Below, piece after piece: positions 20,095-30,397 of a stretch of 64,000 bases of DNA. The translations under genes were made by a program, and so were the position numbers. The notes under the pieces were generated by a model. It was not told the origin of the DNA. It was given only the letters and a program-made list of their open reading frames with translations, and made no database searches. How positions within the stretch are numbered: position 1 is the first letter of the stretch; each line of letters begins with the position of its first letter. This DNA comes from Planctomycetota bacterium (GTDB lineage Bacteria > Planctomycetota > UBA1135 > UBA2386), in NCBI GenBank assembly GCA_965228735.1, contig OZ245838.1, forward strand, positions 704,001 through 768,000, read 5' to 3'.

Positions 20095-21003
20095 ATGACC
20101 GACGAGGATTGGGAGCCGTTGCCGCCGGAGCAGCTCGTGCTGCACCCGGGTGAGGATGCCGCGCTCGATCGGGCGGCTGCCGCTCCCGCTTCGCCGGCCC
20201 CGGCCGAGTCGGAGTCGCGCGTGAGCTCGACGGCCGAGCTGCAGCAACAGGCGGCGGCCGTGGCGGCGATCCAAGAGCGCCTCGCGGCGGCCGGCCCGTC
20301 GAAGTCGTTCGTCAGCGCCGTCGAACGGAGCAGCGGCCGGCAGCGGCGACGCCGTCACGCCGCGCAGCGTGCGGACCTGCAGGCCGTGGACGGGCGGGAC
20401 GTGGCGCCGCGGCGCGAAGGCGACCTGCCGCTGCCCGTCGCGTTCGCCGAGGGGCGCGAGGGTCGCGATCCGCGCGAGGAGGAAGCGTGGTTTTGCGCGC
20501 TGCCGGTCGAAGAGCGTGGCCGATTGCACGACGTCTGGGCCAACCAACGCGAACGCAAGCGCCGCATCGCGCGCTGGCGGCCGAAACACGCGTGGCGCGC
20601 GTTCGCGCATACGTCGCTCCTCGCCGCGGTGATCGGCGTTCTGTGCACGCCGCTCGGGCTGTCGCTCGCGCGGGTCGGCGCGATCGCGATGATCGGCGGG
20701 GTCGCGGGCCTCGTGGCGCACATCTGCCGGAGCGGTCGGTTCGGCTACGCGATCGCCGGCGTCGTCACGTTCCTCCTGGGCATGGGCGACGCCCTGCTGA
20801 GTTCGCCGTTCGTGATGATCGCGGGACTGATGTTCTCGTTCGGCTTCGGCGCGCTCGGGATGGAACAGGAGATGCGCTGGTCGGGCGGCTTCGACGCGGA
20901 GCACGATCCGGAGCGCGATCCGGAGCGCGATCCGGAGCACTGTCCGGAGGGCGGTCCGGAGAACGGTCCGGCGGGCGAAGAGCGCCCCGCGAGCGAACCG
21001 TGA
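20095..21003 (+). CDS. Hypothetical membrane protein (soluble N-half, ~4 TM C-half)
   Basis: Hydrophobic helices in the C-terminal part; G-rich RBS-like sequence upstream. Confidence 0.65.
   Translation: MTDEDWEPLPPEQLVLHPGEDAALDRAAAAPASPAPAESESRVSSTAELQQQAAAVAAIQERLAAAGPSKSFVSAVERSSGRQRRRRHAAQRADLQAVDGRDVAPRREGDLPLPVAFAEGREGRDPREEEAWFCALPVEERGRLHDVWANQRERKRRIARWRPKHAWRAFAHTSLLAAVIGVLCTPLGLSLARVGAIAMIGGVAGLVAHICRSGRFGYAIAGVVTFLLGMGDALLSSPFVMIAGLMFSFGFGALGMEQEMRWSGGFDAEHDPERDPERDPEHCPEGGPENGPAGEERPASEP
20899..20970 (+). repeat. 12-bp tandem repeat (DPER units)
   Basis: gatccggagcgc-type unit repeated about 6 times, degenerating, at the 3' end of the CDS. Confidence 0.7.
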
Positions 21004-21015
21004 GCCCGTAGGGGC

Positions 21016-22170
21016 TCATGGCAACACGAGTCGCTCGGTCTGGCGTTCGCCGGCTCGGAGGGCGAGTTGGAAGTCGGCGCGCCGGGTGCCGTCGACCGTG
21101 ACCACGAGGCGGTAGAGGCCGGGCGCGACCGGTTCTTCGAGCCAGCACCGGCCCGCGACCGGTGGGGCGTCGTCCGCCGCGAGGCGGCCGCGCTCGGAGC
21201 GGTGGATCCAGCGGTGGCGTTGCTGCGGGCCGCCGGCCAGTCGGAGATGCCACTCGACGGCCCGTTGCCCCGGGTCGAGCGCGCGGTAGCTCGAGTCGAC
21301 GACCTCGACGCCGAGCGCGCACCCCGGTTCGAGGGTGACGCGTTCGTCGTAGCCGTTGCTGCCCGTGAGCGTGAACTCGCGGACGAACGGCTGCAGCGGT
21401 CGGACTCGACCCTCCGCATCGAGCGCGAGCAGGCGCACGCCGTAGGTGCCGGGCTCGAGCTGTGGGAGTTCGTAGCGGCCGTCCGGGTCGGACGCCTGAC
21501 GCGACCACAGCGGGCGCTCGCGGCGCCAGTCGATCGGCGCTCTACGCTCGGCGGCCGGTGGCAGGCGCCAGGTCTCGGCGCGGACGTGCTCGACGGTCGT
21601 GCCGTTCTGATCCTGCAGCTGCACGACGATGCCGGTCGCGGTCGCGGCGCGGGTGAGGAACACCTCGAGTGTGCGCGCGGGAGCGCCGGGCGGCGGCGAC
21701 TGCACGACGTCGCGGAACGGCACGTGGTCGGGGGCTTCGACCACGACGTCGATGCGGGTGTTCGGCGGCACGGTGAGTTCTGCCTCGCCGGCTTCGCCCT
21801 CACCCGTTCGGCGCTCGCGCGGCAACACGAGCGCGTAGGTGAACTGCGCGACCGCGGCGTTGCCGTTCTGCTCGCGGACGACGAGTCGGAGGTTGGGACG
21901 CGCCGCTGGTTCCGGCGTCGGTTCGGGATCGCCGGGAGCCGCGGTCGCCGGGCCTGGCTCGGACGGCTGCTCGGCGGCCTCTGGCATCTCGACCGCGGCG
22001 CGCCGCGCGTCGCTGTTCGATCGCGGGGTCGGTCCGCTGCCGGTCGATGAGGCAGGCTGCGGATCCGCCGGCGTTGGCGCCACGCCATCACCGCCCGCGA
22101 GCAGCCAGATCAGCAGTCCGGCGAGACCGATCACCGCGATTCCGACAACGGCACCGAGTCCCTGACGCAT
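21016..22170 (-). CDS. Membrane-anchored protein with carboxypeptidase-regulatory-like beta domains
   Basis: N-terminal TM, P/A-rich linker, SDPDGRYELPQLEPGTYGVRL repeat-type motif. Confidence 0.7.
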   Translation of the reverse strand: MRQGLGAVVGIAVIGLAGLLIWLLAGGDGVAPTPADPQPASSTGSGPTPRSNSDARRAAVEMPEAAEQPSEPGPATAAPGDPEPTPEPAARPNLRLVVREQNGNAAVAQFTYALVLPRERRTGEGEAGEAELTVPPNTRIDVVVEAPDHVPFRDVVQSPPPGAPARTLEVFLTRAATATGIVVQLQDQNGTTVEHVRAETWRLPPAAERRAPIDWRRERPLWSRQASDPDGRYELPQLEPGTYGVRLLALDAEGRVRPLQPFVREFTLTGSNGYDERVTLEPGCALGVEVVDSSYRALDPGQRAVEWHLRLAGGPQQRHRWIHRSERGRLAADDAPPVAGRCWLEEPVAPGLYRLVVTVDGTRRADFQLALRAGERQTERLVLP

Positions 22171-22259
22171 CGCAGCATCGTGCCGAGTGCGGCGAGGACC
22201 GTCCAGGTCGGGCGCGCGATCGGCTTGCGCCAGGAGCGGGCCGGGCCCAAGCTCTCGGC

Positions 22260-23609
22260 ATGGCCGCCGAACCCGCACGCCCGCCGCGGCGCCTCCGCAA
22301 CTGGCTCATCGGGTTCGTCGTGCTGCTCGTGGCAGCGGTCTTCGGGCTCGAGTTCGCGCTGCGCACGCTGCTCGCGACGCCCGGGTTGCCGACTCCCGAG
22401 CGCGTCGCGGAGCTGGCGACCGCGGCCCGCGCCGAAGCCGGCGATTGGCGCGTCGATCCCGACCTCGGTCGGGTGCCCGTGTTGGCGCCGCGGAGTCTCT
22501 ACGGCGAGTTCGGGCTGCGCCAGGGTTGGCGAACGCGCGGCAACGTCACGACGAAGCGCGATGGCGTCGTCCGGCTGCTGCACCTCGGCGACGGTGTGAC
22601 GGCCCGCGCAGCCGTGCTGCAGCCGCTGCGCGAACTCTGGCGCGGCGGCGACGTCGAGTTCCTCAACGCCGGGGTGCCCGGGTTCGATCCCGCGGCGTCC
22701 GTCGCGTTCTATCGGCAGCATCAGCGCGATCTCGCGCCCGATCGCGTCGTCGTGTGGCTGCGCGCTGCGGCACTAACGACGCCGCTCGCCGGTTGCGTCG
22801 AGGGCGACGAGTTCGTGCTGTGCGCGCCCGGGTTTCGCGCCCCGGTCGATCCGGATTGGTATGCGAGCAGTGCGCTCTATCGCCGGTGGGCGCTGCGCGG
22901 CTGGGAGCCGGACGCGGGCGTGACGGCGGCCGCCCTGCAGCGCGCGGGGGCCGCGCTCGCGCGCTTGCGCGATGATCTCGCGGAGCGGGCCGTGCCGCTG
23001 GCCGTCGTGCTGCTGCCGGACCGTGGGGCGGGCGCAGGACGATCCGGGCTCGTCGGCGTCCTCGGTCAGCTCGGCATCGACTACCTCGATCTGCAGCCGG
23101 TCGCGGACGAGTTGAACGCGCGCAGCCCGGTGTTCACGGCGCCGGCGCCCGAGCGCCCGGGCGATCCTCCGCCGACGCTCGCGGCGATGCTCGCGCGCGC
23201 CGCCGCCGAACGGCTGCTGCCGGAAACGCCCGTGCGCGTGCTCGCGATGCCCCGCGTCGTCGGACCCGGGGATGCCCAGCAGGTCGTGGTCGAGGCGCCG
23301 CCCGAGTTCGCCGGCCGCCGCGTCATCCTCCTCGGTTCCGCGGCCGGCATCACGCCCGCGGCGGATCTCGGTCGTGGCCGCGTGCCGCTGCGCAGCGACG
23401 AGTATCTGACGCGCACCGCGGCGCGGGCGAACCCGCCGTTCGCGCAGGCGCTGGATGGTGATGGCAAGGCGACGTTCACCGTGCCCGTGCCGGGCGACGT
23501 GGCGGGGCCCGCGGTCGTCTGGCACTGCCCGGTCGTCTGCGACCGGCGTTCCGTGCACTTCGAACTCATCGGCTGGCCCGCGCCGATGATCGTGCGGGCG
23601 CCCGAGTAG
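22260..23609 (+). CDS. Membrane-anchored SGNH/GDSL-like protein (degenerate) with C-terminal lineage-specific domain
   Basis: TM helix; LLHLGDGVT (block I), EFLNAGVPGF (block II); C-terminal LDGDGKATFTVPVP domain. Confidence 0.65.
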   Translation: MAAEPARPPRRLRNWLIGFVVLLVAAVFGLEFALRTLLATPGLPTPERVAELATAARAEAGDWRVDPDLGRVPVLAPRSLYGEFGLRQGWRTRGNVTTKRDGVVRLLHLGDGVTARAAVLQPLRELWRGGDVEFLNAGVPGFDPAASVAFYRQHQRDLAPDRVVVWLRAAALTTPLAGCVEGDEFVLCAPGFRAPVDPDWYASSALYRRWALRGWEPDAGVTAAALQRAGAALARLRDDLAERAVPLAVVLLPDRGAGAGRSGLVGVLGQLGIDYLDLQPVADELNARSPVFTAPAPERPGDPPPTLAAMLARAAAERLLPETPVRVLAMPRVVGPGDAQQVVVEAPPEFAGRRVILLGSAAGITPAADLGRGRVPLRSDEYLTRTAARANPPFAQALDGDGKATFTVPVPGDVAGPAVVWHCPVVCDRRSVHFELIGWPAPMIVRAPE

Positions 23610-23618
23610 CGCGGCGCG

Positions 23619-25010
23619 CTACTTCGGCTCGGGCACGTCGATCTCGAGCTCCGGCGTCAGGAGCTTGCCCATCCACAGTTCCTTGTCGCCGCCGACCCAC
23701 ACGGAGGGCTTGAAGTGGAACAGGATCCGGACCGGGCGCGCGCCCGGGAACATGCCGAGCTGGCGGCCGTCCGACCGCCAGTATTCCGGTCGCATCACGA
23801 TGGATCGGATCGTGCCCGCGGGGTGCGGGGCGAACAGCTCGCTCGCCGGGATCATCAGCGGAATGCGCTCGCGCTGCTGCCACTCGGCGCCATCGACCAA
23901 CAGCGTGCAGTGCAGCGGCTGCGGGATCTCGGCGATGGTCGTTCCCGCGACGTTGTACTTCCGGGCGCGGTCGCTGACGTTCTGCAGCTGCACCGCGAAC
24001 GGGGTCGTGTCCGCGTCCGCACAGCCATCGGACCACACGAGCCGCGCGCGCATGCCGTCGTGCTCCTCGCCCCAGTCCGTCATGCGGCCCGCCATGACGA
24101 TCGCCGACGTCGCGATGGGATGCTCCTCCCATGTCGGCCACGGCATGTAGTCGGGCGCGGGCAGACTCTCGATGCGCAGCTCGATGCGGTACTCGCCGGG
24201 CACTTCGGGGAACCACCGGCCCGCGCTGCCCTCGCCGAGGTGCTGGAAGCGCCACCGCGAGTCGTCGCCCCAGTGGTCGCGCTCCGGGTTGCCGACGAGG
24301 TACGGCCGCAAGCCCGACAACGGCACCTCGAACTCCAGCAGCTTGACGATCTGCTTCTGCGCCTTCGTCGAGATGTCGAGGTGGCGGCCGTGCTCGGGGG
24401 CCCAGCGCGCCTCGAACGGTTCGCCCTCGGGCGGCGTGATGCGGGCGACGAGCACGACCGGCAGCACGGCCATACGGCGGCTGCCGATGTGCGTGAAGCG
24501 GTCGACCTCGTCGGCGATGGCCGCCTTGGTCTTGCTGAACGGGAACGGCAGGATGCGCAGCGGCCGCCGCGGGTCGGCCGCGCTCTTGTTCTGCCAGAAC
24601 AGCGCGAGCTCGGCGTCGGTGAACAGCGGCGCCTCGGCGCCGTGCGCCGGCGCGATCCGCAGCTCGAAGTGCTCGTTGCCCGCGGGTTTCGCCTCGGCTT
24701 CGGGTTCGGGGTCCTGCAGCACGATCACTGCGACAACAGTGACCACGGCTGCGAGCGCGAGCAGCGGTTGGACGAGCCCGCGCGACAGCATGCTCGTGCC
24801 CTGCGGGCGCGGCGCGGCGTCGCGCTCGAGCGCGGTGCCGAGCAGCTCGTCCGTCGCCTGCAGCGCGGCATAGCGCGCGCGGGCCGCGGGGTCGCTCCGC
24901 AGTTGCGCGAGGACGGCGCGGCGCTCGTCACCGTGCAGCTCACCGTGGAGCAGCGCGACGAGTTGCGCGTCGATCGGCCGTCGGCCGGCGTCGGAATCGG
25001 ATGCGGTCAT
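23619..25010 (-). CDS. Putative membrane-bound anti-sigma factor with large periplasmic domain
   Basis: N-terminal LVALLHGELHGDERRAVLAQL (Cys-less zf-HC2-like), single TM; 4-nt overlap with the ECF sigma gene. Confidence 0.75.
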   Translation of the reverse strand: MTASDSDAGRRPIDAQLVALLHGELHGDERRAVLAQLRSDPAARARYAALQATDELLGTALERDAAPRPQGTSMLSRGLVQPLLALAAVVTVVAVIVLQDPEPEAEAKPAGNEHFELRIAPAHGAEAPLFTDAELALFWQNKSAADPRRPLRILPFPFSKTKAAIADEVDRFTHIGSRRMAVLPVVLVARITPPEGEPFEARWAPEHGRHLDISTKAQKQIVKLLEFEVPLSGLRPYLVGNPERDHWGDDSRWRFQHLGEGSAGRWFPEVPGEYRIELRIESLPAPDYMPWPTWEEHPIATSAIVMAGRMTDWGEEHDGMRARLVWSDGCADADTTPFAVQLQNVSDRARKYNVAGTTIAEIPQPLHCTLLVDGAEWQQRERIPLMIPASELFAPHPAGTIRSIVMRPEYWRSDGRQLGMFPGARPVRILFHFKPSVWVGGDKELWMGKLLTPELEIDVPEPK

Positions 25011-25570
25011 CGTTCGTTCTCCTCGTCTCGGTGCAGGCGTTCGGCGAGCTGGATCGTGGCGGTGGCCATGCGCGACTTGACCGTGCCGAGCGGGATGTCG
25101 AGCGTCGTCGCGATCTCGTCGTAGCTCAGGCCCTCGCCGCGCAGCAGCAGGGCCTCGCGCAGCGGTGGGCTCAACGTGGCGATGGTGCGGAGCACGCGGT
25201 CGCGCTGTTCTCGTTCGCTGAGGCGCGTCAGCGGGTCGTCGCGATGACGCTGCACCGCGGCGTCGCTGAGCCGCAGCTCCAGCTCGGCGGTCCCTTCGTG
25301 CTGCTCGCGATCGCGGTCGCGGTTCCGGCGCCGGCGGTACGCGCAGAGCACGCGCAGGGCGACGCGGTGGAACCACGTCGTCAGCCGGGCCTCGCCGCGG
25401 AACGACGGCAGCGAACGCAGCGTCGCGGCGAACACCTCCTGCATGCCGTCGTCGGCGTCCTGGCCGAGCAGCCGCCCGGCGAGGCGGCGGATCCGTTCAC
25501 CGCGCGTCTGCAGCAGCTGCTCGCACCGGGCGGTCCGCGGATCGGGTTCGGTGGTCACGGGGCTCATCAC
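25007..25570 (-). CDS. ECF RNA polymerase sigma factor
   Basis: DADDGMQEVF, SFRGEARLTTWFHRVA, GLSYDEIATTLDIPLGTVKSRM. Confidence 0.92.
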   Translation of the reverse strand: MMSPVTTEPDPRTARCEQLLQTRGERIRRLAGRLLGQDADDGMQEVFAATLRSLPSFRGEARLTTWFHRVALRVLCAYRRRRNRDRDREQHEGTAELELRLSDAAVQRHRDDPLTRLSEREQRDRVLRTIATLSPPLREALLLRGEGLSYDEIATTLDIPLGTVKSRMATATIQLAERLHRDEENER

Positions 25571-25621
25571 CCTCTTGGTGAACGGCGGCGGCCGCCAGGT
25601 TCGGTCGCCGCCGGGTTTTTC

Positions 25622-26191
25622 TCAACTGCCGCCGAGCAGCTCCGCGCGCTGCCCCGGGTAGACGTTCCGCGCCCAGTCGGGGAACGCCATCCCGGCCGTG
25701 GCGTGGGGGGCGTAGAGCTCGAGCACGGTGTCCATGGCCGCGGTCGGGCCGATCGACACGTGGCCGTAGGGGATCAGGTCGAGCTGGTCGAAGGCGGCCG
25801 CGAGGTCGCCGGTGTCGTGCAGTGTCACGATGGCGCTCGCCAGGCCGGTGCGGTCGACGCCGGCGCGGCAGTGCAGCAGGAGCGGCCGTTCGGCGGTCGC
25901 GGCGATCTGCCAGAGGGCGAGCAGCTTGCCGGGCTCCGGCAGGCGCGACGCCGACAGCGGGACGCTCACGAACGTCGTCTCCATGCCGATCGCGACGCGC
26001 GCCGTCGACCGACAGCTGCGGCCGCCGCGGAGGCAGACGAGGGTCTTGATGTCGTGCTCTCCGACCTTGCGCGCGAGCAGGTCCTCGTGCATCTGCGGCG
26101 CGCGGAACACGCCGGGTCGCAGCTCGCGAAAGCCGGTGCAGCCAGCGGTGAGCGCGAGGCTGGCGGCGAGGAGGATTCGGAGACGCGGCAT
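25622..26191 (-). CDS. Tyrosine/dual-specificity phosphatase family lipoprotein
   Basis: Lipobox TAGC; HCRAGVDRTG CX5R motif. Confidence 0.87.
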   Translation of the reverse strand: MPRLRILLAASLALTAGCTGFRELRPGVFRAPQMHEDLLARKVGEHDIKTLVCLRGGRSCRSTARVAIGMETTFVSVPLSASRLPEPGKLLALWQIAATAERPLLLHCRAGVDRTGLASAIVTLHDTGDLAAAFDQLDLIPYGHVSIGPTAAMDTVLELYAPHATAGMAFPDWARNVYPGQRAELLGGS

Positions 26192-26271
26192 GGGGGTGAA
26201 TCTACCGAACGGTGCGCTCGGCGAGGCTCCCGGGGCGTGCATTTGTCGAGAGCGCGCACTAGCGTCCGGGC

Positions 26272-27393
26272 ATGTCTTGGACGTTTCCGGGTTGGGACCC
26301 GGTGTTGTTCGACCTGCCGGATTGGGATTGGCTGCCGTTCGACCTGCGGTGGTACGGACTGACCTACATCATCGGCTTCGTCGCGGCGCAGTGGATCCTC
26401 GTGCGGCTCGCGCGCCGCGAACTGCTGCCGGTCAAGCCGGACGTCGCGCCCGACATCATCTTCTACTGCGTCATCGGCGTGATGCTCGGCGGGCGGATCG
26501 GCTACGCGCTGTTCTACGAGCAGGACCTGCTGAACCCGATGGAGTTCGTCCAGGTCTGGAAGGGCGGGCTCGCGTTCCATGGCGGCCTCGGCGGCGTCGT
26601 CATCGCGACGTGGCTGTTCGCCCGGCGGCACAAGATCCCGTGGCGGCGAGTGGCCGACGCGTGCTCGCTCGCGGTCTGCCCGGGCATCCTCGCGGTGCGC
26701 TGCGCGAACTTCATCAACGGCGAGCTCTACGGGCGCAAGTCCACGGCCGACACGTTCGGCGCGATGCAGTTCCCGACCGATCCGATGGCCGAGCGCCTGC
26801 TCGGGATCCCGGTGATGGACGGGATGCGAAACAAGGAGCTCTGCCAGCAGGTGGCCTACGGCAACCTCGAGTTCGACGCGATCCGGGATCGTTTGCCGGA
26901 GAAGGACATCTACGGCCAGACCATCGATTGGGACGCCGTTGCGGCCGGTCTCGACTGGGACAAGGTCCGCCAGATGACCGACGCCCAGGGCGAGCTGCTC
27001 GTCCCGTATCGGCACCCGTCCCAGCTCTACGAAGGGCTCGGCGAGGGCCTGCTGCTCGGCATCGTCCTGTTCGTCATCTACCAGCTCACGAAGAGCAAGC
27101 CGTTCCGGGCCGGGGTCTACACCGCGATCTTCCTCGTGGGGTATGCGGTGGTCCGGTTCCTGCTCGAGAACATCCGCAAGCCGGACGCCCAGTTCTTCGA
27201 CGACGGGGGTGACGGCACCGTGCTGTTCGGGATGACGATGGGGCAGACCCTGAGCACGTTCATGGTCGTCGGGGCCGGCCTGATCCTGGTCTGGCCACAG
27301 CCGCGGGCAGCGGCCCCGGGGGACGGCGCCGAAGCGTCCGATGCCGCGGCGGCCGGATCGCCGGAAGGTCAGCCGGGACAGGCGCCTCCGTAG
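26272..27393 (+). CDS. lgt: Prolipoprotein diacylglyceryl transferase
   Basis: RWYGL, GGRIGY, GGLAFHGG, NFINGELYGR, HPSQLYE, RFLLE motifs; large periplasmic insertion. Confidence 0.95.
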   Translation: MSWTFPGWDPVLFDLPDWDWLPFDLRWYGLTYIIGFVAAQWILVRLARRELLPVKPDVAPDIIFYCVIGVMLGGRIGYALFYEQDLLNPMEFVQVWKGGLAFHGGLGGVVIATWLFARRHKIPWRRVADACSLAVCPGILAVRCANFINGELYGRKSTADTFGAMQFPTDPMAERLLGIPVMDGMRNKELCQQVAYGNLEFDAIRDRLPEKDIYGQTIDWDAVAAGLDWDKVRQMTDAQGELLVPYRHPSQLYEGLGEGLLLGIVLFVIYQLTKSKPFRAGVYTAIFLVGYAVVRFLLENIRKPDAQFFDDGGDGTVLFGMTMGQTLSTFMVVGAGLILVWPQPRAAAPGDGAEASDAAAAGSPEGQPGQAPP

Positions 27394-27483
27394 GTGGAAT
27401 AATGGTCGGCCGAGGCCGTCCGAACTCCCACGGTAGGCCCGTATCGAGGTCCCCGGACCGAGCTCATGCCACGACGATTCGCG

Positions 27484-30378
27484 ATGCCCCGTATCCTGCC
27501 GCTGCTGGCAGTGACCGCCGCTTTCCTGCTGCTGCCGGCCTGTGACAACGTCGGCCGCGCGTTCGATCCCAGCGTCGATCCCCGCACCAACAACCCGACG
27601 ACGGGCGAATCCGTCGTCCAGGTCGTGCCGGCCGGCGGCGATGCACGCGAAGGCCGGCCGCGGATCCGCACGGTCGCACCCGAGGATGGCGGCTGGCCGG
27701 CCACGGTGCCGATCGTCATCGAGTTCAGCGAGAGCGTGAACGAGTCGTCCATCCTGCCGACGTCGACCACCGGCACCGACGGGCGGATCATCCTGCGCGT
27801 GGTCGGCACGACGACGCCGTTGCCGTGCCTCTACGACTTCCTCGCGGGCGGCCGGCTGCTCGTGATGCGGCCGGTGACCGAATTGTCCAACGAGCAGAGC
27901 CCGTTCTACGAGGTGGTGCTGCTGCCCGACGCCCGCGACGCGGACGGCGTGCGGTTCGATCTCGAGGACGAGGAGAACGGCGACGTGCTCACGACGTTCC
28001 AGGTCAACCAGGCGACGTCGATCACCGATGGTCGCATCCTCGCGACCTACCCGCGCGACAACCAGCGCGACGCGGCGCGCGAGACCAGCTACTTCGTCGT
28101 GTTCGACCGGCCGGCGAACGACGCGAGCATCTCCGAGGCGAACATGTTCGTGCGGCCGGCCGGCGGCACGGTGGTGACGGCCGATCCGGCGACCGCAGCC
28201 GAGATCGTCGGCCAGCCCGACACCCGGGTCTACGAGCTCGCGCCCGGGACGCCGTTCCTTGGCGATACGTCGTACGAGCTCGTGGTCGACGACACGATCA
28301 CGTTCGGCACGGACGGTGAACTCGACTTCCGCGGCCGCACGCCCTACGCGGTGTTCGACACGGTCGGTCCCGACGCGCCGACCGCGGTCACGATCGGCAA
28401 CCCGACGATGGGTTTCCCCGACCGGGTCAATCGCTTGAACCTCGGTGGCATCAACCTCGCCGTGACGACGTCGGCCGATGCGCGCGAAGGGGACACGATC
28501 GTGGCCCGGATCTACGGCTTCGACCCGGAGACCGCGACGATGGGCGACGTCGGTTTCGTCGAGAACACCGGTAGGGTGCCGGCACCGGGCGGCGTCCAGA
28601 CCGTGACGATCGACTTCACGGGGGAGCTCGGCACCGTGAGCAACCCGACGTTCGAGGACGGAGGGCTCGATTTCGCGGTGCAGATGCGGCGCGGCAGTGA
28701 GCAGTCCGGGTTCTTCCTGAACGAGGAAGGGGCGGCGCGGTTCGACCTCACGCCGCCGACGCTGACCTCGGCGGGGCCGCCCGGCGCCGGCAATGACATC
28801 TTCACCGACCTCGAGCACTTGAGCTTCCACGGCGTGGCGAACGAAGAGATCGCGGAGGCGATGCTCACGGACGGCGTCAACCCGGCGGCGGAGCTGTTCG
28901 GCAGCGCCGAGTCGGGTTACTTCACCGTGCGGCCGGTCAACCTCGGGCGGCTCGCGGGCACGCGCGGCTACACGCTGACGTTCACCGATACCGCGGGCAA
29001 CATGGTCGAGACCGCGGTCACGGGCACGATCGTGCAGCGCGGCACGGTCACGGGCGCAGTGCAGCCGAGCGGCACGCTCACGGTCGAGGCGTTCGACGAG
29101 GTGACGCTCGCGCCGATCGTCGGCGCGACGGTCGTCGTCGACCCCGGAGTGCCGACCTTGCCGGCGACCGGTCAGCTCACGATGGTCACGGACGGCGACG
29201 GGCTCGCGGTGTTCACCGGGCTCGCGGGGGCGACGCACACGGTCACGATCGCGGCTGCGGATTACGATCTCGTCACCCTCTACGAGACCGCGGCCGGGCG
29301 CGTCTCGCTGCCGGTTCGGCCCGCCGAGAACACGGCGACGTTCCGCGGCGCGGTGGCGTTCGAGGTCTCGCCCGGGATCACGGCCGCCGTCGGCCACAAC
29401 GGCTACGCCGATCCGTCGATCCTGGCGCTGCAGACGACCACCACGGACCCGCTGACGATCCCGTCGACTTCGATCTTCGCCGGCCGCCCACAGGTCGTGA
29501 CGGCGCTCGGCGGCGCGATCGAACCGACGATGGCTCCCGCGTTCTCGTTGCAGGGCTACGCGATGCTTGGACCGACGCTGCTCACGCCGGTCGCGGCGAT
29601 CGAGCCCGCCGACCCGGGCGGCACGACGACCGCCGCGGTCGTGATGCTGTCGAGCGCGGGTTCGACGGCCGAGATCGCGCCGGCCTACACCGAGGACTTC
29701 GCGCTCGCCAACGGGCTCGATACCGCCAATCTCGTCGGGGCGCCGGTCGTGCGCGTCATGGCGGGGCTCACCGGCTTTCACGGTCAGGTGCTGGCCGGAC
29801 TCGGCTATGCCACCGTGACGACCGGGTCCGCGTACACCGTCAACGCGACGTATGCGCAGGCTGTGCTGACGGGGTTCGGGGTGTTCGCGCCGTCGTTCTG
29901 GGTCGCGACCGAAGCGCGTGACACGGGCGGGCGGATCAGCCGCCACCGGTCGCTGATCAACACGACCAACTCGGTGCCGGTCAACCCGACCAACCCGCCG
30001 GGCATCCCGGTGATCACCGTCCCGGGTGGTCCGGCCACGACGGCGCCGCTCGTGACCTACAACGACGAGATCGCGCCCGGGCTCGTGCCGGGCGGTGTCG
30101 CGATCGCGGATCTCACGGCGACCGATAGCGCCGGGCGGCGCTGGCTCGTGCTGAAGTTCGACGGCGACGGCGCGGGTGGGACGGACAGCGTGCAGTTCCC
30201 GGACCTGGTCACCGCCGGTGTCACGGGGCTGCAGACCGGCACCTGGAGCGTGCGCGCGGAGACCCGGATCCTGTTGTCGATCACGGGCGCGACCGCGACC
30301 GACATCGTGCTGACCGAGCGGCAGCGCGCCGAGGCAGCTTACGCGCGGTCGGCCGCGCAGGACTTCACGGTCCAATAG
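27484..30378 (+). CDS. Large Thr-rich surface lipoprotein with Ig-like (Big_5-type) domains
   Basis: Lipobox LPAC; IVIEFSESVNESS, VVFDRP beta-rich repeats; alternative start 27466. Confidence 0.8.
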   Translation: MPRILPLLAVTAAFLLLPACDNVGRAFDPSVDPRTNNPTTGESVVQVVPAGGDAREGRPRIRTVAPEDGGWPATVPIVIEFSESVNESSILPTSTTGTDGRIILRVVGTTTPLPCLYDFLAGGRLLVMRPVTELSNEQSPFYEVVLLPDARDADGVRFDLEDEENGDVLTTFQVNQATSITDGRILATYPRDNQRDAARETSYFVVFDRPANDASISEANMFVRPAGGTVVTADPATAAEIVGQPDTRVYELAPGTPFLGDTSYELVVDDTITFGTDGELDFRGRTPYAVFDTVGPDAPTAVTIGNPTMGFPDRVNRLNLGGINLAVTTSADAREGDTIVARIYGFDPETATMGDVGFVENTGRVPAPGGVQTVTIDFTGELGTVSNPTFEDGGLDFAVQMRRGSEQSGFFLNEEGAARFDLTPPTLTSAGPPGAGNDIFTDLEHLSFHGVANEEIAEAMLTDGVNPAAELFGSAESGYFTVRPVNLGRLAGTRGYTLTFTDTAGNMVETAVTGTIVQRGTVTGAVQPSGTLTVEAFDEVTLAPIVGATVVVDPGVPTLPATGQLTMVTDGDGLAVFTGLAGATHTVTIAAADYDLVTLYETAAGRVSLPVRPAENTATFRGAVAFEVSPGITAAVGHNGYADPSILALQTTTTDPLTIPSTSIFAGRPQVVTALGGAIEPTMAPAFSLQGYAMLGPTLLTPVAAIEPADPGGTTTAAVVMLSSAGSTAEIAPAYTEDFALANGLDTANLVGAPVVRVMAGLTGFHGQVLAGLGYATVTTGSAYTVNATYAQAVLTGFGVFAPSFWVATEARDTGGRISRHRSLINTTNSVPVNPTNPPGIPVITVPGGPATTAPLVTYNDEIAPGLVPGGVAIADLTATDSAGRRWLVLKFDGDGAGGTDSVQFPDLVTAGVTGLQTGTWSVRAETRILLSITGATATDIVLTERQRAEAAYARSAAQDFTVQ

Positions 30379-30397
30379 GGCCGGGAGGGTTGGCGCG

